Origin: a virus
Virus record (IMG/VR): IMGVR_UViG_3300031520_000003
Coordinates: 1 to 56,049 of that record
Strand: one strand, 5' to 3'
Length of the DNA: 56,049 nt
Positions within the stretch are counted from its first letter, which is position 1; each line of letters opens with the position of its first letter. The position numbers and the translations under genes are program-made. The notes under the pieces were generated by a model that worked only from the letters and a program-made list of their open reading frames with translations, was not told the origin of the DNA and ran no database searches. This document shows positions 33,001 to 41,530 of the stretch, piece by piece.

Positions 33001-35344
33001 CTGGCGATGCGTTCCAGTTGACTTGCGAGGACCTGGCAATGCCCACGCTGCCAAGCGAAAAGATCGGCGAGGTGCGATAGCCTGGATTGGTGTAGGAGGT
33101 CACTTTCGTCAGCGACACAGTGGAATAGCCGACATTGCTGATGACGATATTCTTTTGCAAGTTGTGCAAGAAAAAGGTCTGTTTGAGCGTGCTGGTGCTA
33201 TCAAAAAGCTGAATCGTATCAAAATAGGCCGTGTAGGTTCCATTCGGGTCGCCTTCCAGTGCCACTTCAATGGAAGCCAGCGTTTTTCCGGCTGCAGTCG
33301 AGAGGTCGAGTTGTCGGAAGTAGCGCGCATCGCTCGCATAGCCGGAGAGATCGCCGCCTGGATGCAGGGTGATCGACTGTTGATCGTAGATCGGAAGTCC
33401 GCGTAAGATGGTGCCATCGGTGCAGATGCCATCCACGCCTGCGATGGCCGCAGGACTGGTAGAGCTAATCCAAATGAAATAGCGTAAGGTGTCCCCAGCA
33501 GCGAGCGCAACAGCCCCTTCCCAAATTTTGATGTAGGCGTAGTTATTGGCGCTTCCTTGCTGCGAGGTGCCTTGCAATTTGAGCGCATCGTTGGGAAACA
33601 GCGTCAACTGGTCATTGACGCCATACGTCCCGACCAGGGTACTGCCTGGCGCGGACCAATCTGCTGTTCTGGTCTCCGTGACCGAGACGGTTCCGCCCGC
33701 CGGAGTCAATTCCAGGTCGCCATCGCCGACGTTGCCCGTGGCCGTGGTATTCGAGAGCGTCCCCTGTGCCAACTGCAAGCCCGTGGTCTCGCGCCTCGAT
33801 GCATACTGAGCGGTGATGCCCTCGTTGGCGAGCGTGTTCAGGAGATCGGTTGCAATCGCGCCTGCGGAGAGATTGACCCATTCAGGACCGACAAAGACGC
33901 GGTTGAGCGCGGTCTCATGATTGTCGATGCAGCCTATTTTGGTGAGGATAGTCTTGTTCGGTGAGAGGATGCTCGCTTCCGCCGTTTTGACCTCGCCAGT
34001 AAAAAAGACCCCGCGCTGCGAGTCCGAGATCGTGACCGTCTGACCTTTGGTATAGTGCTGCGTGCCCGTATCATCGCGGATCGTGAAATAGATGATCGAA
34101 GGCGTCTCTAGCGTATCCTCAAGCGAAAAGGAGCCTTCGAGGATGTGTACCGGAATGCCACTCACGCTGATCGTGATCCCCAACACAGGCGCAGGAGCCA
34201 CGCTGGACAGAACGGTGGTCTCCGCACTATAGGTTGCAAGTTGCGTATCGGTGATCGTGGCGACATACAAGCCTGTGATTGTGGTCGCCTCTGCCGCATA
34301 GGTCGTAAGCTGTGTGTCCACAATGGTTGTGGTCACGTTGGCGCGCGTGGTCGCGTTGGCATCATAGCCTGCAAGCTGTGGATCGCTTATGGATGTGCTG
34401 CCGCTTCCGGCAATGGTCGCATCTGCACTGTAGCCAGGCAGAGAGGTATCCGTGATCGGCGTGTTTCCACTGCCTGTTATGGTCGCATCTGCCGCATAGG
34501 TAGGTAATTGCGTATCGGTGATCGTGGTGGTGTAGTTGGTCGTCGGCGAAGACGCGGCAGACGTGGCATCAGCCGTATAGCCTGGGAGTTGCGTATCCGT
34601 GATCGTTGGAACGATTCCAGAGCCCGCTATCGTCGCATTGGCGTCATAGCCAGGTAATTGCGTATCACTGATCGAGGTTGTGCCACTGCCTGCTACGCTT
34701 GTCTCAGCGCTATAGGTCGAGAGTTGTGTATCCGTGATCGTCGTGGTGTAGTTGGTGTTGGAAGCCACTCCATCAGTGACCGTATAGCTGTCAAAGGTCA
34801 CGATATCTGAGGTCAGGTTGAGTTTGGTGTAGAAGCCAAAGAGACCCGAGGTGAGTGAGGTATCGGTGACAGAGGCAATCGTCCAGGTTGATGGCTCGCT
34901 TGTGCCATCGGCCCACATTTTGCCTTGAATGGTTGTGCCAATGACGCTCAGACGAAGCCAATAGAACGTATTGGCGGAAAGCGTCACCGTTGCGGTTCCA
35001 AGCGTGGTCGAGGTGCCACTGACTGTTTTGGCAAGCGTCAGCGTCGTCCCAGTCACGCTCAGCCTGTAGCGGCTCGAAGTCGTCCCAGATCCGCTTTGCC
35101 TGGTCACCAAACCAAAGCCGTCAGAGGTGGAAGACACCTGGAAGCGGATACGGCTATTGGTATCGGGTGGCGTCGTGGTACCAAGCGCGGTATTCGTGAT
35201 CGCTGTCGCACCGGTGCCTGTGCCCTCGCTTGGAGTGACTGAAAACGACACAGAGCCTTGCAGCACTTGCCAGACTTGAGTGTCTGAAGCAGTGCCTAGC
35301 CCTGTGCTCGTTCTATTGAAAGTGTCCTGTCCAAGCGTCGCCAT
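30062..35344 (-). CDS. tail fibre / host-recognition protein with LamG-like lectin modules and about 10 tandem 20-aa repeats
   Basis: 1760 aa, directly downstream of the tape measure and a distal tail gene. Three ConA/LamG-like blocks (for example YWLRLSVIGTTIQGKMWADG, WYRLKVVATGSNHKVYVND, YHRVRVTMLGNVITAFFDG). Confidence 0.8.
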   Translation of the reverse strand: MATLGQDTFNRTSTGLGTASDTQVWQVLQGSVSFSVTPSEGTGTGATAITNTALGTTTPPDTNSRIRFQVSSTSDGFGLVTRQSGSGTTSSRYRLSVTGTTLTLAKTVSGTSTTLGTATVTLSANTFYWLRLSVIGTTIQGKMWADGTSEPSTWTIASVTDTSLTSGLFGFYTKLNLTSDIVTFDSYTVTDGVASNTNYTTTITDTQLSTYSAETSVAGSGTTSISDTQLPGYDANATIAGSGIVPTITDTQLPGYTADATSAASSPTTNYTTTITDTQLPTYAADATITGSGNTPITDTSLPGYSADATIAGSGSTSISDPQLAGYDANATTRANVTTTIVDTQLTTYAAEATTITGLYVATITDTQLATYSAETTVLSSVAPAPVLGITISVSGIPVHILEGSFSLEDTLETPSIIYFTIRDDTGTQHYTKGQTVTISDSQRGVFFTGEVKTAEASILSPNKTILTKIGCIDNHETALNRVFVGPEWVNLSAGAIATDLLNTLANEGITAQYASRRETTGLQLAQGTLSNTTATGNVGDGDLELTPAGGTVSVTETRTADWSAPGSTLVGTYGVNDQLTLFPNDALKLQGTSQQGSANNYAYIKIWEGAVALAAGDTLRYFIWISSTSPAAIAGVDGICTDGTILRGLPIYDQQSITLHPGGDLSGYASDARYFRQLDLSTAAGKTLASIEVALEGDPNGTYTAYFDTIQLFDSTSTLKQTFFLHNLQKNIVISNVGYSTVSLTKVTSYTNPGYRTSPIFSLGSVGIARSSQVNWNASPATQNAKTPQVTIETTLDGGATWQPCTNHGPIPGLVPGQNMTGLSIQFRHTLAIGGSDPTISPILYDMNVTISPSYAATKTDVANVTTSQADWNAGTLSNVTSIASGSSGALELTGAFKSYGDGSVGSRTLFGSNPADGINLSSYYLRCDGGLDARARLDFVGTWSDGTIELDVQFGNSSSDTSGNYGIVYRTSNWGNTNNTYGYAAYIDANGIHLDRGSNSSGTVGNLFGVAVFSVSLASGVWYRLKVVATGSNHKVYVNDVLYINATDTTYSSGGVGYRHFNSLTNTRHNAYFKEFGIIYQLSGNRVSPYTNLTSVGSVGSSVIQWNATVPNNASLLVETSIGGTWQACANGGAIPQLTPGLNLSGVNLQIRATLTSNNANVTVILQGLTWLVTSAFNATGTRIGTPLSLQNVGRLGNSLVAWNRNLPAGTALGVDTSIDNGATWQDVTAQNGGSIPGLGIQPDPTIDSFATNTAANYTSTYRAGGTAATYTFDSANRRMVATGGASALCLYSTLTATDIDLFTDMDASDSGGLVWRYTDTNTFYEVVVQDASSNAGNPNTLAIYEVEAGVRSLVASSAINFQRVPVNTYHRVRVTMLGNVITAFFDGLAVATYTDPTPLAGGTCGLRTGGGTARFYQLRMQPQGDDVTARQVLTRLRLSSTNPAFTPQVLDLTLSAHSPAIGNGAIIPSTQYGFKSLDANFSDLAKKFPNGWWYIDKNMRFNLQGRTSVPAPWIGSTNGGDFLDAGLTVRVEGDLYRNRQYITNVLATIAINEQHQGDSVSISWTLGNALASAPTITVNNGPPALVGISGIDTGKDFYYTIGSPIVTADPSKPIYDSTQTITFTGTGQYLTYSQYDDVPGQQARAQLRGGSGIVENVEDGTGLTKAAGDQLAQARVQQYGVIGQMLTATTLRGGLAPGQLFSVFVPEHNLTDVQMLIRSVKTVFTTGPGGVPVPWFTIQAVSGPDLGDFTKLFQRQL
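34190..34760 (-). repeat. In-frame tandem repeats (period about 66-72 bp) encoding TITDTQLPGY.A.AT units
   Basis: The recurrent DNA core TTGCGTATC(C/G)GTGATCG and the recurrent peptide, read directly. Confidence 0.8.
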
Positions 35345-35366
35345 TTACACACGCCTTACTCCCGTA

Positions 35367-36200
35367 TTAGAGCTTAATCACAGCAGTAAACGTCTGGTCG
35401 GTTGTGCCATTGATGATCGCTTGCGGCACAATGCACGATGCGCCGACGGAGTTAGCGACAATTGGATTGGCATTGCAGAGACGAAACCAGGTGTAGGTGC
35501 CTGCTGGTGTGGAGATCCCAGGATACTTCTTCGTGATCGTGCGTGTGCGTAATCCCTGCCCTGTGCCAGTAAGAGGACTGTAGTCAGCAGCGACCAGCGC
35601 GAGATATTGCGCCCCTGCTGGACTCGCAGAAGGATTGTCAGTCACAGGCGCAACGGGTACAACCGATTTGCCGACCGCGTGTGAGTAGGCTGGTGTAAAT
35701 ACACCACCCCCAACGGCGGTCACTGGCAGAGATGTTGCGTTCGCAGCACATCCTGTAGTCTGGACAAGTTCCTCTGATCCTGTGGAGTAGTCAATCTTGA
35801 CGGTGCCAGCGGGAATGGCGTTTGGTGCTGCTGCAATGCCGAGCGCTGCCCCTGTTGGAGCTGTGCCAGCGACGAGTGCGGTAGTGAGCGTGGTTGAGCC
35901 AGCTTCCGTTGAGATGCATGCGATATTCATAAGACCGTAGGCATTGGCGGTTGCCGCGAACAGGTTGCCTATGCTCGCCTGAGCGCCCAGGTCCGTGATG
36001 GCGTTGCGATAAATGTTTCGTTCGAGTATCTCGCCTGTTCGATTATCAGAAGCGACAATTTCCCAGATGCCGCGTATGCCAGGCTCAGGCAGCAGGAGAG
36101 CGCAGACCTCTTCAAGCGTTTGTGGACGCTGCGCCTCTGGTAAGCTCCAATATTCCTTGAATGCAACGTGTGTGTAGTTTGGTTTCGTTCTTGTCTGCAT
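35367..36200 (-). CDS. tail-tip/distal tail structural protein (hypothetical)
   Basis: 277 aa, between the tape measure and the fibre. Confidence 0.55.
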   Translation of the reverse strand: MQTRTKPNYTHVAFKEYWSLPEAQRPQTLEEVCALLLPEPGIRGIWEIVASDNRTGEILERNIYRNAITDLGAQASIGNLFAATANAYGLMNIACISTEAGSTTLTTALVAGTAPTGAALGIAAAPNAIPAGTVKIDYSTGSEELVQTTGCAANATSLPVTAVGGGVFTPAYSHAVGKSVVPVAPVTDNPSASPAGAQYLALVAADYSPLTGTGQGLRTRTITKKYPGISTPAGTYTWFRLCNANPIVANSVGASCIVPQAIINGTTDQTFTAVIKL

Positions 36201-36211
36201 ATCGTGTTCTC

Positions 36212-38938
36212 CTATGCCGCTCGTCCATTCGGCCCGAGCTTGAGGCTGACATGTTGATAGGTATTCTTGTTGACAATGGTCGCCAACGTCATCCCGTCAA
36301 CGAGAAAAGAGATATGTTGTACATTGCCGTTGCCGCCTGAGCTATACGAGGAGCCGGAGCCACCGCTTGGCAGCATTCCCTGTCCCTGCGGATAGATGCT
36401 TGCCCCTTGTGGCACATACATCAGCTCAGGCCCTTGTTCGCCAACCCATGCGAGGCCACCGCCGAAGTTCTGGACGCCGCCTGCAAAGCCAGGGATGCCG
36501 TGGAAGCCAAGCGCGGACAAGCCGCCCGCGATGGCGTCATGGATAGCGCTGCCGACGGCTCCGCCAGCCGCACCGATCCCACTTGCCAGCATCTGCATGA
36601 GGTTGGAGCCAAAGTCGGAAAAGACATGGCCCAGATTGCCGAAGAAACCAGAGATGCTGGATTGCAGCGAGTTGAGCGGAGGCGCGATATAGCGATTCCA
36701 GGCATTCCCGAAAACGCCACTGATAAACTGCCATGCTTGAGTGACTTTGTTGCCGATCTCCGTCATCGTGCTTGATGTGGCGCTACTGGCTTGATTCCAG
36801 CCTGATTTGATGCCGTCAACCGCTGAGCTTACTTTGTCATGAACCGTTGATGAGATGGCAGACCAGACACTGCCTGCCGTATTTTGCAGTTCGTGCCAGC
36901 GGTCTCCGACATATTTGGATGAGGCTGACCAGGCGTTCTTGACCCAATCGACGACAGGTGACACGACAGAACGTATTGTTGAAGTTATAGCATTCCAGAC
37001 CGAGGATGCGGTATTCTTCAGTTCGTTCCAGCGGTCGGTCACGTACGAGGTCGCAGCCTTCCATACGCGAGGCACCCACGTTGTAATGTCAGTGACCACG
37101 ATCTTGATGCCATCGACTGCCAGTTTCCAGTAGTAGTTGTGGTCGTAGAGCCAACTGAACCAGCCGACGACCGTAGACACAGCCGTATGCCATGCGTTGC
37201 CAACCCACGTCACGACGGCCGAAACCGCAGTATGAATTGCCGCTCCTGTAGCTCCCCAAGCGGCCTGCGCCCCTGCCTTGAGCCCATTCCACGTGTTGAC
37301 CAGATTGACCACTGCCCCCTTCGCAAAAGAAACGATGCTCTTCCAGACCCCCACGAACGATGAGGAAATCCCAGACCAGACGCCCGTGAAAAATGCACCG
37401 ATATTTCCCAAGACGCCCATGAACCAGCCTGAGAAGGCTCCCCATACGCCACTGAGCCATTTGGTAATGTCGCCCCAGTGCTGAACGGCTAAGATGATTC
37501 CAGCCACGACAAGCGCAACCACTGCACCCACGAGCAAAATAGGCCAGGTTGCGGCAAGCGTTGCGATGGCTGCGGCTCCTGCTGCAATCGTCCAGGCGAC
37601 GAACGCGCTCACCAGGTTCATGGTGACGATGGCCGCGAACGCGATCAGTGTGCCTTGCAGGAAGGCCATAGCCACTTGATTCTGCTGGAAGAAGTTGATG
37701 ATCCCCGCACCGACGGTCACGACGTTTTGGATTCCGTTGCCCAAGGCACCAAGCGCATTCTCGACGCCATGTGTCTTGGTTTCCCACGTGGTAAAAGTGA
37801 CAATCATCGGTGTCACTTTGTCGAGCAAATTCCCTACCATCGGCAACAGAGCCGTTCCCAACTTGATCCCGAGCACTTCCACGGCTGCCTTGGCCTGGTC
37901 CATCTTGAAATTGAAATTGCCCTGCACATCCGACCAGCCCATGATCGAATTGCCACCCGCTTTGACGGCTGAGGTCACGCTTGCGACATTATCCGTAAAG
38001 GCTTTCATATGGCTTCCTGACAGTTCCAAGTACGCCATCATCTGCTTTGAGCCACCTGCAATATTTTTGATGGCCTGGTTGTACTTGTCGCTGCCCTCGG
38101 GAAATTTCTTCCCTACCGCGTCTGTCACCATCTGGACGGCCCCTGGCAGGGAGATTTTCATTTCATCGGCAAGCTCCTTTGAGGAGAGACCGACGGACTT
38201 CATGGCCGCCGCACCAATTTTCGACGGTGCCTCAAACGCTAAGATCATCTGGCGTAAGTGCGTTGCAGCACTTGAGGCACTATCTCCCTGCATGGTCATG
38301 GTTGCTATAGCGGCTGTGGTGTCAATCAGCGAGATATGGAACTTGGCTGTCGCAGGCAGGACATTGGAAACGGCATTGGCGAGGTCATTGAGGGTCATCT
38401 TGCCAGCGGCAGTCGCTGCAATCAGGGTATTCATGGTTCCGGCGGCGGTCAGTCCCTGGCCTGAGTACGCATTAAGAGCACTGGTTAACGTTTTAACCAC
38501 ATCTGTGACGCTGGCGTTTTCCGCCTTTGCGCCCATTGCGGCAATACGTAAAATTTGGAGACCTGCCGCACCGTGGAAACCCGCACTCTCGACCCAGTAC
38601 ATCGCATCGATGAGCTTTTGCGCCCCTGTGCCAACCTGGGTAGACATGCCAAGAACGCCATCGCCCACCATTTGCAGGTTGGCTTTGGCCTCGCCTGCTG
38701 TCGTGTAGAGTTTGGTGACGCTTTGCTGGAAATTGCCCGCCATTGAGACGACTTTTGCGCCTAAGACGACAGCGCTAGCGCCAACTGCGGCCAGTGCGAT
38801 GCCTGTTGGAGCGAGACCGCCCGCGACACCAGAAGAGAAGCCAGACACGATCTTCGTCGCCATGGCGAATCCGCTTTGGAGTCCACTAATATTCGCGCCA
38901 ACGTTGACGTTCATGTCTCCAAGCGAGATTCCTGCCAT
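36212..38938 (-). CDS. tail tape measure protein
   Basis: 908 aa. TP901-type core (VGTGAQKLIDAMYWVESAGFHGAAGLQILRIAAMGAKA...), a central TM/Gly-rich block, and a position after the G/G-T chaperone. Confidence 0.9.
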   Translation of the reverse strand: MAGISLGDMNVNVGANISGLQSGFAMATKIVSGFSSGVAGGLAPTGIALAAVGASAVVLGAKVVSMAGNFQQSVTKLYTTAGEAKANLQMVGDGVLGMSTQVGTGAQKLIDAMYWVESAGFHGAAGLQILRIAAMGAKAENASVTDVVKTLTSALNAYSGQGLTAAGTMNTLIAATAAGKMTLNDLANAVSNVLPATAKFHISLIDTTAAIATMTMQGDSASSAATHLRQMILAFEAPSKIGAAAMKSVGLSSKELADEMKISLPGAVQMVTDAVGKKFPEGSDKYNQAIKNIAGGSKQMMAYLELSGSHMKAFTDNVASVTSAVKAGGNSIMGWSDVQGNFNFKMDQAKAAVEVLGIKLGTALLPMVGNLLDKVTPMIVTFTTWETKTHGVENALGALGNGIQNVVTVGAGIINFFQQNQVAMAFLQGTLIAFAAIVTMNLVSAFVAWTIAAGAAAIATLAATWPILLVGAVVALVVAGIILAVQHWGDITKWLSGVWGAFSGWFMGVLGNIGAFFTGVWSGISSSFVGVWKSIVSFAKGAVVNLVNTWNGLKAGAQAAWGATGAAIHTAVSAVVTWVGNAWHTAVSTVVGWFSWLYDHNYYWKLAVDGIKIVVTDITTWVPRVWKAATSYVTDRWNELKNTASSVWNAITSTIRSVVSPVVDWVKNAWSASSKYVGDRWHELQNTAGSVWSAISSTVHDKVSSAVDGIKSGWNQASSATSSTMTEIGNKVTQAWQFISGVFGNAWNRYIAPPLNSLQSSISGFFGNLGHVFSDFGSNLMQMLASGIGAAGGAVGSAIHDAIAGGLSALGFHGIPGFAGGVQNFGGGLAWVGEQGPELMYVPQGASIYPQGQGMLPSGGSGSSYSSGGNGNVQHISFLVDGMTLATIVNKNTYQHVSLKLGPNGRAA

Positions 38939-38960
38939 GTCTGTCTGCTTTCTTGTACGA

Positions 38961-39613
38961 TCATCCTAACAAGTTATGGGAATTCGAGGGCTGGTTGTTT
39001 CTCTTGACCTCTTCCTCTTCAATGAGGTAGACGGCAGCCCATTCCACATGCTCTGAGCTGCCGAGTCGGTGTTCCAGTTCTGCGACGGTGCAGGTTAGCC
39101 TGGTTGCGAGCCGGAATTTGAAGCGGCGCCCTGGATCAGACTCAAGTTTTTTTTGGCTTCCTCAACGGCTGCTGCGTTCGGGTTCAGGCCAAGGAACTCC
39201 ATGAGCTGAACGCTGAGCGGCTGCAAGATCGAGGTGCCTAGCTCTGCGACACGCAGCGTGTCGCCTGGTGCCTGAAACACAGAGTCGCCTGACTCCTTGA
39301 AGACCAGCGAATGAATAAGCAGGAGTGCGGTGATTTTGGCTGCGTCCGGACGACCTTCAGGCGTTACCAGCCCTTGCAAGGCGATCACCTGGTCAAGCGG
39401 CATGTCCTTGATTGCCAACTTCTTGTCAAGTTTGGGCCAGAAGGGAGTTGTGACATCCTGCTGTTTCATCGGCTGGTCGAAGATGTAGGTACGAGCTTCT
39501 GATGCACTGTTCACATCAGGAGTGGCATCGACCACGGGCTTGACTGGCTCGGTGACAGGTGCGACGACAGGGGTCTCTGGTGCTGGTGTGGTCACTGGAT
39601 GTTCGATATTCAT
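38961..39613 (-). CDS. tail assembly chaperone -1 frameshift product (gpGT-like)
   Basis: The -1 frame is open from the A_AAA_AAC site to TGA 38961-38963 and reads ...LTCTVAELEHRLGSSEHVEWAAVYLIEEEEVK... Confidence 0.6.
39095..39613 (-). CDS. tail assembly chaperone (gpG-like)
   Basis: Lies immediately upstream of the tape measure. ATG 39613 follows GAAAGGAAGG. A slippery site sits near its 3' end. Confidence 0.7.
   Translation of the reverse strand: MNIEHPVTTPAPETPVVAPVTEPVKPVVDATPDVNSASEARTYIFDQPMKQQDVTTPFWPKLDKKLAIKDMPLDQVIALQGLVTPEGRPDAAKITALLLIHSLVFKESGDSVFQAPGDTLRVAELGTSILQPLSVQLMEFLGLNPNAAAVEEAKKNLSLIQGAASNSGSQPG
39146..39154 (-). other. Programmed -1 ribosomal frameshift slippery sequence (A_AAA_AAC within an A8 run)
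   Basis: Minus strand GCC AAA AAA AAC in the gpG-like frame. Confidence 0.6.
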
Positions 39614-39672
39614 CGGTTTTACCTTCCTTTCGGAATACGAGAAAGACTCTATTCTGCACGATTTGCAGAACA

Positions 39673-40314
39673 TTACGCGGTGATGATCGGTTGTCCGGTC
39701 ACGTCAAACTCTAGGCTCTGCGTGGTGAGCGCGGAGATGGACGCTTTGAAGCCATCAGCCTTGAGATAGCCATAGCCGACGATGCGTTGTGTCGCCGTCT
39801 GCCCTGGCGTAATCTTGAGTACTTGCAGATTCCCGGACGTGATCTGCTGTGTGAAAAAGCCATCCGACCAGAATTTGGACAGTTTGAACGCGGCGTCGCT
39901 GATGTTGGGAACGATGGTTTTCCAGTTCGATGGCGGGTTGGTGAATGCGGTGCTGGCGAGCATTGTGGTAGTGCCAATCCATTCCACGCTCTCCGCTTGC
40001 GCCAGAAAGTTCAGGACAAGATAGTTCCCGCTCGTGATGCGCACTTGCAAGGTCGGACTTTGCGCCACGGCGAACTTGACCCGGGCCTCGATGGACTGCA
40101 ACTGGAAGCCCGTGGTGATCGGGGTCCACGTGACCCCGCCATCTGCCGAGGTCGAGACGACGATGGGCGTAAACGGGTCAAGATACTGATGCCCTGCCAC
40201 CATATCGACATAGGTGATGTGATCGCCTGAGTCGGTCAGCATATCGTTGGTCAACGCGATAGACGGTGGCGAGGAAATGAAGACATTGGCCTTCCAGCCT
40301 GGGATCGCAGCCAT
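39673..40314 (-). CDS. major tail (tube) protein
   Basis: Position directly upstream of the chaperone. Its C-terminal block GYGYLKADGFKAS...LEFDVTG is shared with the upstream paralogue. Confidence 0.65.
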   Translation of the reverse strand: MAAIPGWKANVFISSPPSIALTNDMLTDSGDHITYVDMVAGHQYLDPFTPIVVSTSADGGVTWTPITTGFQLQSIEARVKFAVAQSPTLQVRITSGNYLVLNFLAQAESVEWIGTTTMLASTAFTNPPSNWKTIVPNISDAAFKLSKFWSDGFFTQQITSGNLQVLKITPGQTATQRIVGYGYLKADGFKASISALTTQSLEFDVTGQPIITA

Positions 40315-40327
40315 AGATCACCTCGTC

Positions 40328-40729
40328 TCAGGCATATGCGAGAGCGCCATTCGAATCGAGGTCAAACTCGATATCGCTGACGTTATTCACCGGAAACTTC
40401 ATCGGCATACTCGCGAGGTACCCTTGCCCGGTAAAGGCATTCACGCCGTTATTGGGACTGACCGACCAGAAGATCGGATTGCCTTGCAGATAGGCGGTGA
40501 GCAGCGTCGATTGTGCGGCATCAGCAGCCAGGTCGAAGTTCGCCATGACCTTGAGTTTGTAGTCATTGATACCGACGATGATCTGTTTCCAATTGAGTTG
40601 GAAGACAGTGATATCGTAGATGCCTGCGCTACAACTCAGGTCTGCGGATTTGGCCTGTCCGATGGCGACGAGCGTGGCTGCCGTAAGCCCGACCTTTGCA
40701 ATCGTTTTATATCCAGGTAATGCTGGCAT
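40328..40729 (-). CDS. tail tube protein paralogue (phi13/TP901-like size)
   Basis: 133 aa. GQGYLASMPMKFPV...IEFDLDSNG parallels the C-terminus of 39673..40314. Confidence 0.55.
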   Translation of the reverse strand: MPALPGYKTIAKVGLTAATLVAIGQAKSADLSCSAGIYDITVFQLNWKQIIVGINDYKLKVMANFDLAADAAQSTLLTAYLQGNPIFWSVSPNNGVNAFTGQGYLASMPMKFPVNNVSDIEFDLDSNGALAYA

Positions 40730-40730
40730 A

Positions 40731-41156
40731 TTAGAGAGCCTCCTGTGTATAGATGCGATACCTCGCGGTGAGGTGAAGGATGATACCTTCCGGCTCTGGC
40801 AGCATCATCGAATTGACGTACCAGATGCCGACGTTTGCTTGACTGGACAACGTGAGTTGCTGACGATGTAAGAGCACATTGAGCCGTCCGAGCATCTTGT
40901 AGAGCCGTTCAGAGCTATGCGACTCATCCCACAGGTGGATCAGCAGAGGCGCATCGTAGCCCCGCAAGCCAAACGTGTCGTCCTGCTTCTCCTGCGGCAT
41001 CTCGCCTAACACGATGTACGGGAAGAGTTGCCGCTTTGGAATGCCCGCGATATCGAACACGCCAGTCATGCCAAGCGCAAGCAGCGGTGCATCGGCGCTC
41101 AGCAGTGACCACAGCGCCGCGCGTACCTGCGGGTTGGAGGTGCCAATAGCTGGCAT
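40731..41156 (-). CDS. tail terminator / tail completion protein (DUF3168-like)
   Basis: ...LFPYIVLGE....LLIHLWD... pattern, plus position. Confidence 0.6.
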   Translation of the reverse strand: MPAIGTSNPQVRAALWSLLSADAPLLALGMTGVFDIAGIPKRQLFPYIVLGEMPQEKQDDTFGLRGYDAPLLIHLWDESHSSERLYKMLGRLNVLLHRQQLTLSSQANVGIWYVNSMMLPEPEGIILHLTARYRIYTQEAL

Positions 41157-41530
41157 CAGGGCACCAACTTCGGAAGCATGGTGCTCAAGTTGTCGCGCAA
41201 GTCCTGCGTGTTTTTCTCAAAGGCGGGCCCGAGAAACGGCTGTGCTGCCATCTTATACGTGCCTAATTCGATATACCAGGCGTGATCGGTGCCATAGACG
41301 ACGGAACCACTGGACGAGCCGGTATACTCGATATGTCCAGTGTCGCGCAAATGCTCCTCGGTCGTGTTGGTGTCGTCATAGGGACACGCTGCCTGTGAGT
41401 CGGCCAGCGTGCCTTCTAACGCGTGGCGTACCTCGCCATCGACAAAGAGTTTGCCCACTATCGGGATGCGTACCAGCTTCGAGAGAATGTTGTCCGCTCC
41501 ACTGATGCTCACGCTCAGGTTGTCAGCCAT
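41156..41530 (-). CDS. HK97 gp10-family head-tail joining protein
   Basis: HAWYIELGTYKMAAQPFLGPAF signature. ATG 41530 follows GAGGG. Confidence 0.7.
   Translation of the reverse strand: MADNLSVSISGADNILSKLVRIPIVGKLFVDGEVRHALEGTLADSQAACPYDDTNTTEEHLRDTGHIEYTGSSSGSVVYGTDHAWYIELGTYKMAAQPFLGPAFEKNTQDLRDNLSTMLPKLVP

Noticed and set aside
33652-33689. Diversity-generating retroelement (TR/VR pair) as the explanation for the fibre/spacer similarity
   Set aside because: No reverse transcriptase gene is present in the genome. The similarity covers only 38 bp, and the mismatches are not adenine-specific.
34190-34760. Possible CRISPR array suggested by regularly spaced ~20-bp repeats
   Set aside because: The repeats are in frame within the fibre ORF and encode a recurring peptide. 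The 'spacers' are also similar to each other. This is a protein tandem repeat.
37089-38708. Long ORFs (232 aa on the minus strand in an alternative frame, 337 aa on the plus strand) inside the tape-measure gene
   Set aside because: They are shadow frames of a 908-aa gene with clear tape-measure features, and their composition is low-complexity.
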